Positions 48,439-58,936 of a stretch of 60,328 nucleotides of DNA are shown piece by piece. The stretch's first letter is position 1; every line of letters begins with the position of its first letter. Source of the DNA: an uncultured Nannocystaceae bacterium (GTDB lineage Bacteria; Myxococcota_A; Bradymonadia; UBA7976; UBA1532). Under the pieces are notes generated by a model. It searched no databases, had not been told where the DNA came from, and saw only the letters and a list, made by a program, of their open reading frames with translations. The position numbers and the translations under genes were made by a program. The stretch spans positions 1-60,328 of the forward strand of contig CAYLJJ010000029.1 of the NCBI GenBank assembly GCA_964384025.1, read 5' to 3'.

Positions 48439-50133
48439 TCAGCTTCGCTTAGCCAAGCGGATCAACTCTGTAGCGTTAGCGCGAGTTGTTCGAGTGATCT
48501 GAGCACCACCCAGCATCCGCGCCAGCTCTTCAACCCGCGCTTGATGACTCAGCTGCTCTACGCTGCTGAGCGTACGCCCCCTCTCCACCCGCTTGGAGAC
48601 ATGTAGGTGTTGATCGCCTTGAGCAGCGATCTGAGGCAGATGAGTGATACAGAGAGCTTGACGGCTGACGCTCACCGCCTTGAGCTTGCGACCGATCGCC
48701 TCGGCGGTGGGTCCCCCCACTCCCGTGTCCACCTCATCAAAGAGATAGGTGTCCACTGGATCTTGAGCAGCGATGACCCGCTTGACGGCCAACATAAATC
48801 GGCTCAGCTCTCCTCCGCTGGCGATGCGATGGATGGGTAGGGGCTCCTCTCCAGGGTTGGCGCTAAAGAGAAACTCCACCCGATCTGCACCTTTGAGGCT
48901 GACAAAGCGCTCAGCCACCCTCAAACCAAGGCTGGTAGGCTCTAAGCGAAGGCGCAGGGTGGCGCGCTCCATCGCCAGATCGCTCAGCTCACCCTGCACC
49001 GCTTCTACGAGCGCCTCAGCCCCCTCTCCGCGTGCCTGACTCAACAGCTCAGCCTCTCGAAGCAGCCGCGCTCCGCTCTCAGCGCGGCCTTGGTGGAGGC
49101 TCTCTAAGATCTCCTCGCTCCGAGAGAGTTCACTCAGTTCTCTCTCCAGGAAGCGTTGGTGTTGGATCACCTCAGCGATGCTGCTGCCATACTTTTTGCG
49201 CAGGTAGGCGAAGAGGGCGAGCCGCGCCTCTACCTGCTCTAGACGCCGGGGATCAGCGCTCAGCTCACGGCCATAGGCTCCAATGCTGTGAGCGGTCTCC
49301 TCAACGATGGCGAGGGCTGAGGAGAGCTCCTTGAGCAGAGGATAAAAGCTGGGCTCCAGCTCAACAAGCTGCTCCAGACGAGGGAGAGAGCGCGCGATGA
49401 GATCAGCCGCCGCGCCCTCCATGGAGTACAGCTCCCACTGAATCTGATCTGAGGCTTGCCTAAGCCGCGCCACATTCCCCAGACGAACCGACTCCTGTTC
49501 TAGTTTCTCCTCCTCATCGGGATCTTTAAGTTGGGCGCTGTGCAGCTCTGAGAGTTGAAAACGCAGATAATCTTCTCGTTGGGCTCGCCCTCTTAGATTG
49601 GCTTCCAAGGCTGCGATGCGCTGATCCCAGCCCTGAAGTTCTCGCCAAGCCTGCTCTACTCGCGCTCGTAGAGGAGCTAGGTTGGAGACACGATCAAGGA
49701 TCTCCAGCTGAGCATCAGGGTGCCGAAGGCTGTGATGTTCATGCTGCCCTGAGACATCTACGAGACCCTGAGTCAGACGGCTCAAGAGCCCCACGGTAGC
49801 GAGGCAGCCGTTGATATAGACTCGGTGGCGGCCATTGCGAGAGATGATTCGGCGGATGAGCAGCTCATCTCCAGCCCCTAGGCCCGCCTCCCCTAAGCGT
49901 TCGCGGACGCTGGGTTGACGGCTGAGATCAAAGAGCGCCTGTACCTCGGCCCTAGAGGAGCCAGTGCGGATCAGCTCTGAGCGAGCGCGTCCTCCCAAAA
50001 GCAGAAGTAGCGCGCTGATGAGGATCGATTTACCCGCTCCGGTCTCCCCTGTGATCACCGTGAGCCCTGGCTCCAGCTCAAGATCGACCCGGTCGATGAT
50101 GGCGAAGTCAAAGATTGAGAGGCTCCTGAGCAT
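48439..50133 (-). CDS. recN: DNA repair protein RecN
   Basis: 564 aa. MLRSLSIFDFAIIDRVDLELEPGLTVITGETGAGKSIL (Walker A) and C-terminal LFDEVDTGVGG signature/Walker B. Confidence 0.9.
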   Translation of the reverse strand: MLRSLSIFDFAIIDRVDLELEPGLTVITGETGAGKSILISALLLLLGGRARSELIRTGSSRAEVQALFDLSRQPSVRERLGEAGLGAGDELLIRRIISRNGRHRVYINGCLATVGLLSRLTQGLVDVSGQHEHHSLRHPDAQLEILDRVSNLAPLRARVEQAWRELQGWDQRIAALEANLRGRAQREDYLRFQLSELHSAQLKDPDEEEKLEQESVRLGNVARLRQASDQIQWELYSMEGAAADLIARSLPRLEQLVELEPSFYPLLKELSSALAIVEETAHSIGAYGRELSADPRRLEQVEARLALFAYLRKKYGSSIAEVIQHQRFLERELSELSRSEEILESLHQGRAESGARLLREAELLSQARGEGAEALVEAVQGELSDLAMERATLRLRLEPTSLGLRVAERFVSLKGADRVEFLFSANPGEEPLPIHRIASGGELSRFMLAVKRVIAAQDPVDTYLFDEVDTGVGGPTAEAIGRKLKAVSVSRQALCITHLPQIAAQGDQHLHVSKRVERGRTLSSVEQLSHQARVEELARMLGGAQITRTTRANATELIRLAKRS

Positions 50134-50264
50134 GAGGGCTTATGGCACGAAGCGCCGCGAGGCTCAAGATCAGGAGCGCCGGAATCCTTGCAGTTCTGCT
50201 CGGAGATCGCCAATATTGCGGCCCCGCTCCCTCGAATCAAACCATCCCGAGGGTCGGAAAAAGC

Positions 50265-50867
50265 ATGTTGAATCTCTATTTGACCCCTCGCAGCGCGGGC
50301 CTCTGCCCCTCTGAAGAGGCGATCAACTCTGTCCTTCAGTTCCTCAACCAGCACGATCTCATCGGAGAAGAGGTCGATGGTGCCTTCAGCCCCGGTATGG
50401 AGGTGGCTGAGTGGTTTAATCTAGATGCCCGTGATGATCTCCTTCCCGCAGAGCTGACTTTTGAGTCGTTCAGCGTTCAGACGCGCAGCAAGCCCTGCTT
50501 TCTACCCGAAGCTCAGCCTGGAGAGAGCTTCGTCGCTTGCTGCAAGATCTGCGGGGATGCTCTGGATGGAGGACCACTGGATGAGGCCTTGGCGCGCTTG
50601 GGCTTCTTTCCGGTGAACCGCTTCCAGTATGACTGCCCCTCCTGCCGAACCTGTCTGGGCCTTAAAGAGATCGACTTCGGACAAAACGTCGCTGAGGCTC
50701 GCTTCTGGTTCTTCTTGGAGGGGGCCGCCACCAGCCGCCTCAAGGGGGGCCTCCTCGATATCTTGGGACGCAAGTTGGGCAGCAACCTCCTGGTGATCCC
50801 CGAGGTGCCCTTAGAGTTTCTAGAGGATTGGGCTCCTGCTGTGAGGCGCCGACGCAGGTTCTCCTGA
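50265..50867 (+). CDS. hypothetical protein with CxxC...CxxC zinc-ribbon-like motifs
   Basis: ORF 50142..50867. The 50142 start would abut the divergent recN start, so the internal ATG at 50265 is more plausible. CCKICGD ... YDCPSCRTC. Its stop overlaps the start of the next gene (TGATG). Confidence 0.35.
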   Translation: MLNLYLTPRSAGLCPSEEAINSVLQFLNQHDLIGEEVDGAFSPGMEVAEWFNLDARDDLLPAELTFESFSVQTRSKPCFLPEAQPGESFVACCKICGDALDGGPLDEALARLGFFPVNRFQYDCPSCRTCLGLKEIDFGQNVAEARFWFFLEGAATSRLKGGLLDILGRKLGSNLLVIPEVPLEFLEDWAPAVRRRRRFS

Positions 50868-51613
50868 TGCTCCTTAGGGCGCTCTCCTTGACTCTCTGCT
50901 TGGCCTGTCATGCTGAGGAGCCTGTCCCTCCAAAGTTGGATCCAAACCCTTCACAATCTCGGGGGCTTCAGATCGCCGGTCAGGCTGAGGCCAGCCCTCT
51001 GATGCGACGGCTGTTGGGGGTCTTTCAGGCGCAGCAACCGGGAGCGCTTATCCGACTCTTAGCCCCCATCTCTCCCCGAGGAGCACAGCAGGCTTTAAGG
51101 GATGGTCGCCTAGATGGTGTACTCCTGATGGACAGCAGCAAGGGCCTCCTCTTTGCTCAGAGCCGCGCCCTCCTGATGGTTGGTCCCGGCGTGGGAACCT
51201 CCGAACTCTCCTTGAAGGATCTCCTGGGGCTCTTTAATGGAGAGCAGAGCTTCTGGCCTGGGGGGCTGCCTCGAAGCCTTCTTTGGAGAGCTGAAAGGGC
51301 CGCTGCTCAGGCCGCATTGAGGAGACAATATGAGCTTCCAGGACCCAGAGAGGGGCGAGGTTTGCAGGGAGACGCAGAGTTAAGAGAGAACCTGCGCATC
51401 AGCCCTGGCTTGGTGGGAGCCACAGATTCAGGAAGCTTGGCGCTCCACGGTGCCCCTCTCTGGAGGCTGAGGCTACCAAAGCCCGCCCCAAAGCTGGAGA
51501 TCAGGCTGCTCCTCTCTGATGATCCCCCCGCGCGACTCAAGGCTCTGACCCGCTTCCTCAAGAGCCGAGAGGCTCAGGCTCAGATTGAAGAGCTGGGTTA
51601 CGAGCTGCCGTGA
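50866..51613 (+). CDS. periplasmic solute-binding-protein-like accessory protein of the two-component system
   Basis: Signal peptide MLLRALSLTLCLACHA. The PBP-like fold is inferred only from general composition. Translationally coupled to both neighbours. The ORF-track TTG start at 50828 is probably upstream read-through. Confidence 0.4.
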
Positions 51614-52833
51614 AGGAGCTGCTCGCTCCCTTTACCCGCAAGATGGCTCCCTTGGCCCTCACTGCGGCGTTGCTCACAGGAGTCCTGCTGCCCGCTTCTT
51701 GGCAACACCTCGCGCTCCAGGAGAAGCGCGCAGAGGCGCAGAGCTGGGCGCGGCAGCTGGCGGCGCGCTTAGAGCAGCGCGCCGCTGAGCGTCCAGGACT
51801 TTGGGCTTATGACAGCGAATATCTGGAGGCCCTCAGCCGCATCCTCTCCCGCGCCCCCACTTCAGCGCATCTGCGCCTTGATCTCCCTAGACGAGAGGGG
51901 GTCTTTCAGAGCGGCCCCCCCCCTCAATATCCTATCTCCGCCTGGGCGCTCATTCAGGGAGAGGGGCGACGCTTGGGGCGACTGCGGGTGCAACTCTCGG
52001 GAGAGCGCCTCTACTGGATGGGCCTCAAGCTTTGGTTGATAGCCTCTTTGATGGGGCTTCTTTTGGGCTTGGCCCTTTTGGCCCTGCCGCTGATCACCCT
52101 GGGTCGTGTAGAGCGTCGCCGCCGAGGGCTCTGGGATGCTCTCCAAGATGCCAACAGCAGTCTAGAGGCGCGGGTGGAGGAGCGCACCGCTGAGCTGCAG
52201 CGACGTGAGCAGGAGCTGAGCCGCCTGGGAGCTAGACTCCTGGCGGTACAGGAGGAGGAGCGGGCGCGCATCAGCCGCGATCTTCATGATGAGTTGGGTC
52301 AGCTTCTCACCGGACTGCGTCTTCGGTTGACAGCGATGGAGCCGATGGTCGAACGAGCTGGGCGGCAACACCTTCAGAGCGCTCTGGAGGCGGTGGATCT
52401 CGGGGTAGAGCAGATCCGTAACTTGGCTCATGCTCTACGGCCTCCTGAGCTGGACGCTCTGGGTCTAAGCAGCGCTTTAAAGGCCCACGCTGAGAGTTGG
52501 GCAGAGATGGCTCAAATCTCCCTTAAACTTGAGCTTCAAGACCCTCCTTCAGAGCTGGCTGAGCTGTTTTTTCGCATCGCCCAAGAAGCCCTCACCAATG
52601 TAGCGCGCCATGCTCAGGCTGAGCATGTACGCCTTGAGTTGGCTCCCATTGATGACGGCTGGCGGCTGATCGTAGAAGATGATGGCTGTGGGCTCTCTAA
52701 AGAGTCACAGCGCCAAGGTCTAGGGCTCCTGGGGGCTCGAGAGCGCGCTGAACAAGCTGGAGGCTATCTTGACCTGGAGCAGAGCAGCCTGGGAGGGCTC
52801 AAGCTCCTCGCTTGGCTGGAGGTGATCGATTGA
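51610..52833 (+). CDS. sensor histidine kinase (HisKA_3 / NarX-DegS type)
   Basis: 407 aa. Two TM segments. An H-box DLHDELGQLLTGLRL (HisKA_3) and a HATPase_c region (ALTNVARHAQA ... DDGCGL ... GLGLLGARERAE). Confidence 0.85.
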   Translation: MKELLAPFTRKMAPLALTAALLTGVLLPASWQHLALQEKRAEAQSWARQLAARLEQRAAERPGLWAYDSEYLEALSRILSRAPTSAHLRLDLPRREGVFQSGPPPQYPISAWALIQGEGRRLGRLRVQLSGERLYWMGLKLWLIASLMGLLLGLALLALPLITLGRVERRRRGLWDALQDANSSLEARVEERTAELQRREQELSRLGARLLAVQEEERARISRDLHDELGQLLTGLRLRLTAMEPMVERAGRQHLQSALEAVDLGVEQIRNLAHALRPPELDALGLSSALKAHAESWAEMAQISLKLELQDPPSELAELFFRIAQEALTNVARHAQAEHVRLELAPIDDGWRLIVEDDGCGLSKESQRQGLGLLGARERAEQAGGYLDLEQSSLGGLKLLAWLEVID

Positions 52834-53444
52834 AGATCCGTGTCTTTGTCGTTGAGGACCACACCATCGTTCGACAGGGCCTCATCGCCTTGCTGGAGTC
52901 CTGTGAAGATCTCCTGCTCGTCGGGGAGGAGGGGGATGGGCGCCGCGCCTTGGCGGCTATCCCGGAAGCTCAGCCCGACGTTGTGCTCTGTGATCTGGCT
53001 CTGCCGGGGCTCTCTGGCTTGGAGATCCTACAGCGCCTCCAGGAGCTGGAGAGTCCCCCCAAGGTTCTGATCCTTTCTATGTATCATGATCCCGTCTGGG
53101 TACAGCGCGCGGTGGAGGCGGGAGCCAAAGGTTATCTGCTCAAGGGGGCTGGAGTACAGGATGTGACCAAGGCGATCCGCGCGGTCGCGGCAGGAGAGAC
53201 CTTCCTCTCACCTGGGGCTCAGCGCTCCATCCATGCCAGCCCGCTCTCTCCTCGGGAGCGTGAGATCCTGACCCTTCTGGCCAGCGGTCACACCAGCAAG
53301 GAGATGGGGGGCATCCTGGGTATCAGCCCTCGAACAGCGGAGCATCATCGTGCTCGCTTGATGAGCAAACTCAATATCAATGATGTCGCTGGGCTGACCC
53401 GTTACGCGATCCGTAACGGCTTTGTAGATCAGAACCTCCGTTAG
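52830..53444 (+). CDS. NarL/LuxR-family response regulator
   Basis: REC domain ([16 protein letters not shown] ... [11 protein letters not shown]) with a LuxR HTH ([43 protein letters not shown]). The TTG at 52830 is preceded by GGAGGTGA; the ORF-track ATG is at 52812. Confidence 0.85.
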   Translation: [204 protein letters not shown]

Positions 53445-54151
53445 AGCCCCAACTTATGAACAATGATCCCTTCTGAGGCGCGCACACTCTTGAGGCACCA
53501 ACGCGCCAGCAATAGGCGTTGCCGCGCTTGAGGCAGATCTCCCTGAGATCCCTCCTCTGCCCGCATCGCTCGAACTCGAGGGACCAGATGAGAGAGGCTC
53601 ATCCCCACCGAGACAGAGACGTTGAAGCTCTCGGTGAAACCATACATCGGGATACGAAAGCTCTCATCACAGCCCGCCAAGGTCTCTGGCAACAGCCCTG
53701 TCTTCTCACTGCCAAAGAGCAGCAGGAGGGGCTCATCGATCGGGATCTGGCTTAACTCAAAGCGGGCGCGTGGCCCTGCACCAAAGACCCGCATCCCTCG
53801 TGCTCTCGCCCAGCTCATCATCGCTTCAGGGCTGGACAGGCGGTGGAGGTCTAACCAAGCGTGGGCCGCCATGCTGACTTGGCTGGAGACTCCAGGGAGC
53901 GGGAAGGCATGGCGGGCCTCTACGCTGACTACATCCTGGAGTCCCATCCCTTCCGCGCTGCGCAGGCAGGCTGCACCATTGTGGCTGTGGTAGAGATCTT
54001 CTAAACCCAACGCCAAGCTCTCCAAACGCAATGAGAGGACCTCCTGCATCCGTCTCAGGCGCTCCTCAAGCATATGGGGGGAGAGGGCCTCAATGATCGC
54101 CTCAACGGGGAGCTGATGGCCCTTAATTTCTAGGGTGTTGGGGATATTCAT
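53441..54151 (-). CDS. SpoU/TrmH-family RNA 2'-O-methyltransferase
   Basis: 236 aa. C-terminal FRIPMYGFTESFNVSVSVGMSL (SPOUT knot motif IPM.G..ESLNVS.A). Confidence 0.7.
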   Translation of the reverse strand: MNIPNTLEIKGHQLPVEAIIEALSPHMLEERLRRMQEVLSLRLESLALGLEDLYHSHNGAACLRSAEGMGLQDVVSVEARHAFPLPGVSSQVSMAAHAWLDLHRLSSPEAMMSWARARGMRVFGAGPRARFELSQIPIDEPLLLLFGSEKTGLLPETLAGCDESFRIPMYGFTESFNVSVSVGMSLSHLVPRVRAMRAEEGSQGDLPQARQRLLLARWCLKSVRASEGIIVHKLGL

Positions 54152-54388
54152 CCCGCAGGTTTAGCAGGAGCGGAGCGCTCTTTTCTAGGGGTTACGGTTT
54201 ATAGCACCGTCCTCTGAACGAAGAGAGTTTTGGCTGACGCCCAAATATCAATTCCTCCTCTTCGCTCATCGATTGCAGCCGTGTTGGAGGCTCATAGATA
54301 CCACCTCATGGCGTGGGAAAATCTGATGTAGCAGCCTCGATCTTAGGATTGGCGGAACCGGAACGAGTGGGAATCTCGGAGCGCCCGC

Positions 54389-54458
54389 AAGTGTGCATTT
54401 AAAGTGTGCACGAGTGTGCGTGCACATGTGCACTGCACACTAAATGCACATGTGACAT
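54389..54458. promoter_or_regulatory. cluster of overlapping GTGCAC / TGTGCA palindromes at the high-GC/low-GC junction
   Basis: aagtgtgcatttaaagtgtgcacgagtgtgcgtgcacatgtgcactgcacactaaatgcacatgtgacatgg contains three GTGCAC hexamers and three AGTGTGC direct repeats within about 70 bp. Confidence 0.4.
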
Positions 54459-54673
54459 GGATGTCTCACCTTGGAAAAATGGGGATTTTGAGGGTGAGGA
54501 GGGTGATGGGTACGGGGTCAAAGAATGGTGTAAATATTGCTACTGCAATTGAAGTGTTGTTTTGAACTGAAAAAAAACATTTTTGTCTCGATTTTTGATG
54601 TTTTTTTCTGGTTTATTTACTTGGGTAAACTTCTCTGAATTTCAGACACAAAAAATATAAAGGATAAAATTTC

Positions 54674-55573
54674 TTGAGACGTAGAATTAGTATACTAACA
54701 GCAATTTTACTGTTGATGAGTTGTAAAACTCAGTCAGAAATTTGCGGTGAAAATGCAAGATTTAACAATCCAGAGTGTTTTCCCGATGGTGGACCATCAG
54801 GAGGAGGCCTTAAGTATATAAATTTACCTGTGATTGGATCTGACAATGAGTTAGAAATTAAAATGAAATGTGGTGGATATCAAACAAGAGTACTGTTTGT
54901 ACCTGCCGATGGAGAGCCTGAATATGGATTTGTAATTCAAAAGGTTGCTTTCAATATAACTGGATCAGTACCGGAGTATTTTGACCTAAATATTCTGGGA
55001 GTTTTTGATGATGGAAACGATTTTTGCGCTGAAATGGTTAATCATAATATTGTATTCTGGGAAATGTTCCCAGTACACAATAGATATTTAGAACCTATAG
55101 ATATTAATTCGGCTAAACAAGTTCACAGTGATGAACAACTTTTTTCTGTTACGACATACGCAAAATTCTTCACATCCGAAGATGTACGCGAATTTTACGA
55201 TGTTAATGAGTTTACACCATTTGATGATCTTATCAAGGTTATGGGATTTTGTGAAAAACATGTACCAGATCCACATGCTAGCGATTGGAGAAGAAAAATA
55301 ATTCCTGATAACCAAAGATTTTGTCCCTCATTTGCAATAATTGATAGAGAAATTGAATTTTTTGATCCTTATTTAAGCGATGAAAATTTAGGATATATGA
55401 TTGCAAAAGAACTTCCAGTATCAATTGAAGAGCCTACTATATGGACTTCGAGTTCAAATAGTGCATTAGTACGTGAATGGAGTATTAAAACAATAAATTG
55501 TTGTGATTCGACTGATGAGGATATTGATTCGACAATATTACTAAAGGTCCCTCGTTTGGTGGGCAATGATTGA
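54674..55573 (+). CDS. hypothetical lipoprotein (low-GC island gene 1)
   Basis: 299 aa. MRRRISILTAILLLMSC lipobox. AT-rich codon usage distinct from the rest of the window. Confidence 0.5.
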   Translation: MRRRISILTAILLLMSCKTQSEICGENARFNNPECFPDGGPSGGGLKYINLPVIGSDNELEIKMKCGGYQTRVLFVPADGEPEYGFVIQKVAFNITGSVPEYFDLNILGVFDDGNDFCAEMVNHNIVFWEMFPVHNRYLEPIDINSAKQVHSDEQLFSVTTYAKFFTSEDVREFYDVNEFTPFDDLIKVMGFCEKHVPDPHASDWRRKIIPDNQRFCPSFAIIDREIEFFDPYLSDENLGYMIAKELPVSIEEPTIWTSSSNSALVREWSIKTINCCDSTDEDIDSTILLKVPRLVGND

Positions 55574-56213
55574 TTCAATCATGAATATGAAGAAACCAAT
55601 ATTGATATTGTTAATTACAATGCAAGTATATGGTTGTAATGTTTCGTCAGTTTACTATTTAAGTGATAATCAGGTCAAAATAATAAGATATTTGCACAGT
55701 TTGCCAAGTTGGGAGGCCGTTTTCGAATATCCTGTTGAATTCCATAAGTTTTTTATGGCTGCATATTTATTAAAATCTGTGAATGATGATGAACGAAGAG
55801 AAATTCTCGCAAATTTTGTTCGAATTGCACCTGATTATCCACCTAATAGATTTTTTGAAAGAAGATTTTATATTCTTTTAAGGGTTATGTTTGAATTACC
55901 AAACAGAATTTCGCAAAATGAAGCAAGACCTTTCCATAATTGGATATATACCGGCAATATTAGAAATAAAAAATGGTTTTCAATAACCTGGCCGGTGATT
56001 ATTGGCGCGAATAAGTCTAAATTAATAATAAAACACCCTACTTTCAGAGAAAGTTATGATGGAATGATGGAATATGACTTTATGGTTGATAGATATAAGT
56101 TTAGGTCGCGCAAAGAATTGCGTATACATCAATATTCAATACTTAAACAAATCAAGTATCCAGAGGGGCAAATGCAGTTTTTTAGAAAACAAAAAGGAGG
56201 AGAAAAAAGATGA
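55566..56213 (+). CDS. hypothetical secreted/lipoprotein (low-GC island gene 2)
   Basis: 215 aa. MNMKKPILILLITMQVYGC lipobox-like. Overlaps both neighbours, indicating an operon. Confidence 0.45.
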   Translation: MIDSIMNMKKPILILLITMQVYGCNVSSVYYLSDNQVKIIRYLHSLPSWEAVFEYPVEFHKFFMAAYLLKSVNDDERREILANFVRIAPDYPPNRFFERRFYILLRVMFELPNRISQNEARPFHNWIYTGNIRNKKWFSITWPVIIGANKSKLIIKHPTFRESYDGMMEYDFMVDRYKFRSRKELRIHQYSILKQIKYPEGQMQFFRKQKGGEKR

Positions 56214-58429
56214 CAGATTTTAAGATGTACGGGTTATCAATTATTATGGTCTTGTTTGGGTGTAGTCCAAGTATAGACTCACTATTACGATTGGATTCTG
56301 GAACTAAGGATGATTGTATTGATAGTGATGGTGATGGATTTTGCGAAGAAATAGATTGCAATGATTCAGATTATTCTATAAATCCCGATGTAATTGAAAG
56401 CTGTAATGGCGTAGATGACAACTGCAACACCCATATTGACGAAGAGACTATATCTGGAAGTGAATGTCTCTTAAAAAGAAATGGGTGTGAGTTTAGCGGA
56501 ATACATTACTGTAATTTTAATGGTAGTATTATTTGTGATGCTGAAGCCAGCATTCCAGATGAAATTTGCGATGGTATAGATAATGATTGCGATGGTGAAA
56601 TAGACGAAGGTAATCCAGGTGGTGGAGAAGAGTGCGATACAGGAGATCCTGGAATTTGTAATATAGGTGAATGGACTTGTGTAACAAATGCAGAATCTAC
56701 AGGTTTTGGATGTATTCCAAATATCACGCCTGGAACACAAGCAGAGATTTGTGATGGTGTAGATAATGATTGTGATGGTAGTATCGATGAAGATGCTGAC
56801 GGAAACCCAATCGCCACATCATGCTATACAGGCCCTGAAGGAACAAGTGGAGAAGGGCTTTGTTCAGATGGCATATGGACATGTTCAGAAGGACGTTTTG
56901 GTCCATGTATAGGACAGATACGACCTACAGATGAAATCTGCAATGGAAATGATGATGATTGCGATGGAATAGCAGATGAAGGTATGCCTGAAGAATGTGC
57001 CTGTGATCCAAATGCTAACCCTGATCCTGTATATTGTTATACTGGCCCAGCAGAAACAGATGGTGTAGGTTTATGTAATGGCGGTGACGCCATGTGCAAT
57101 GATACTACAAATCTATGGGAAGAATGTGCAGGTGAAATTCTCCCTACAGATGAGCTTTGCGACACTTTTGACAATGATTGCGATGGTATAGCAGATGAAG
57201 GGCTTGGTTTAGGAGATTCCTGTACTGTTGGCATAGGTCAATGTCAAAATACAGGCGTTGTTGAATGTGCCGCAGATCATGGCGTTAGATGTAATGCCAT
57301 AGAGCACGCTTCATCAGATGAGGTTTGCGATGGGATAGACAATGATTGCGATGGTATTATTGACGACATTCCTACGATTAATACAGATTGTAGCATGGGA
57401 ACAGGTACATGCGAAACAACTGGCATATATGTCTGCAATCTTGAAAACAATACCATAGTATGCAATGCACCTCCACCGAATTCATCAGAAGAAGTCTGTG
57501 ATGAAATAGATAATGACTGTGACGGTGATATTGACGAAGGCTTCAATGTCGGAGAAAGCTGTACAGTAGGTATCGGAGCTTGTGAACGTACTGGAATATT
57601 CGCTTGTTCGTTTGACACCACAGTCGTATGTAATATCCAACCTGGCGGACCTGGAGCAGAGATTTGTGATGGAATAGATAATGATTGTGATGGTGAAGTA
57701 GATGAAGGCTTTGGCGTTGGAAATCTATGTGTAGGAATAGGTGAGTGTTCTGATGGTCAACTTGAATGTAATCTGGTTGGAGAGGCCATCTGTAATACAA
57801 ATCCTGGTGGCAGTGCTTATGTAGAAGAGGATGACGTTTGTGATGGGCTAGATAACAACTGCAACGGAAATATAGATGAATACTACTATAGCCTTGGTCA
57901 AAGTTGTAATGAAAGTTGCAATGAAGGCGCATATGAGTGTCATCCAACAAACCAAAACAACACTATATGTAGTACTAGCCCATCTGGAAGTGAAGTCTTA
58001 CAAGAGATTTGCGACGGAATAGATAATGATTGCGACTGGCAAATCGATGAACAGGAAGATTTAGTAGCACCTCTTGCAGATGATCAGCTTGGCGTATGTT
58101 CTGGCAGTCATAAAGATTGCTCTGGGTTATCTGGCTGGACAGAACCAAACTATATAGCCTTTGTTGATATGTATGAAACAGTCGAGGTTTCATGTGATGG
58201 CCAAGATAATGACTGTGACGGCACTGTTGATGAAGACACCGACTTTCCTGAAATTCTAGCAGACAATCAAAATGGTGTTTGCGCTGGGATTGAGAAAGTC
58301 TGCTCTGGGGGAGGGTGGCAGGAACCAGATTATGCAGGCACTATCGGTGCTACATATGAGGCCACTGAGATACTCTGTGATACCCTAGATAACGATTGTG
58401 ACGGCGCTGTAGACGAAGGATGCCCTTGA
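56210..58429 (+). CDS. lipoprotein made of tandem MopE-type Cys-rich putative metal-binding repeats (low-GC island gene 3)
   Basis: 739 aa. MTDFKMYGLSIIMVLFGCSPS lipobox. More than 12 repeats ending in ...E(I/V)CDG(I/V)DNDCDGxIDE. Confidence 0.65.
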   Translation: MTDFKMYGLSIIMVLFGCSPSIDSLLRLDSGTKDDCIDSDGDGFCEEIDCNDSDYSINPDVIESCNGVDDNCNTHIDEETISGSECLLKRNGCEFSGIHYCNFNGSIICDAEASIPDEICDGIDNDCDGEIDEGNPGGGEECDTGDPGICNIGEWTCVTNAESTGFGCIPNITPGTQAEICDGVDNDCDGSIDEDADGNPIATSCYTGPEGTSGEGLCSDGIWTCSEGRFGPCIGQIRPTDEICNGNDDDCDGIADEGMPEECACDPNANPDPVYCYTGPAETDGVGLCNGGDAMCNDTTNLWEECAGEILPTDELCDTFDNDCDGIADEGLGLGDSCTVGIGQCQNTGVVECAADHGVRCNAIEHASSDEVCDGIDNDCDGIIDDIPTINTDCSMGTGTCETTGIYVCNLENNTIVCNAPPPNSSEEVCDEIDNDCDGDIDEGFNVGESCTVGIGACERTGIFACSFDTTVVCNIQPGGPGAEICDGIDNDCDGEVDEGFGVGNLCVGIGECSDGQLECNLVGEAICNTNPGGSAYVEEDDVCDGLDNNCNGNIDEYYYSLGQSCNESCNEGAYECHPTNQNNTICSTSPSGSEVLQEICDGIDNDCDWQIDEQEDLVAPLADDQLGVCSGSHKDCSGLSGWTEPNYIAFVDMYETVEVSCDGQDNDCDGTVDEDTDFPEILADNQNGVCAGIEKVCSGGGWQEPDYAGTIGATYEATEILCDTLDNDCDGAVDEGCP

Positions 58430-58760
58430 GCCTTTTTCGTTCCTTCCTGCCACTACTGCTTGTTCTCTTCCTATGCGCTTCAGCGTCTTCTCATGAACAC
58501 CCAAGTGAAGTTCAAAAAGGGGGGATCATTTCGAGCTATAACAATCCTCTATGGATTTGCTGGAGATGCTATAGGTATAGATTTCACTGAACATGAAACA
58601 TCACAGAAGGATATTCGTCGTATATTTGGATTCAATCCATGTATAGAATGGAAAGCTGGAGACAATATATATTTTGGTGCAAATTTAATATTGTTATGGT
58701 TAGACGATCCATTTTCTTATTTTGATACACGACGGTCATTGACTGAAATAGATTTATGAT

Positions 58761-58782
58761 AGAGAATTTTATTCTCTATTTG
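58761..58782 (+). terminator. hairpin AGAGAAT-TTT-ATTCTCT followed by a TATTT stretch, downstream of the island operon
   Basis: Perfect 7-bp inverted repeat with a 3-nt loop, seen directly. The T-tract after it is weak. Confidence 0.25.
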
Positions 58783-58814
58783 GAAAGAATTATGTGTATA
58801 CTTCCCTATCTTAG

Positions 58815-58936
58815 CTGAGTCCGCCGGATTTTGTGGTTAATTCATTCTAAGGGGTTACGTCCACTCATGGCTGCGGCAACAAGCAAATTCTGTAGCCAAT
58901 TCTCGTGGTATGAGAAGCCATTGATATCTTGAAAGG
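58815..58936 (+). repeat. copy 1 of a 122-bp direct repeat (CTGAGTCCGCCGGATTTTGTGGTT ... GATATCTTGAAAGG)
   Basis: Matches 60207..60328 with a single mismatch (a/g at 58840 vs 60232). Confidence 0.85.

Noticed and set aside
54180-54360. Searched the island junction for a tRNA or tmRNA integration target
   Set aside because: No T-arm (GTTCRANYC) or acceptor-stem pattern was found. No tRNA-like sequence is visible anywhere in the window.
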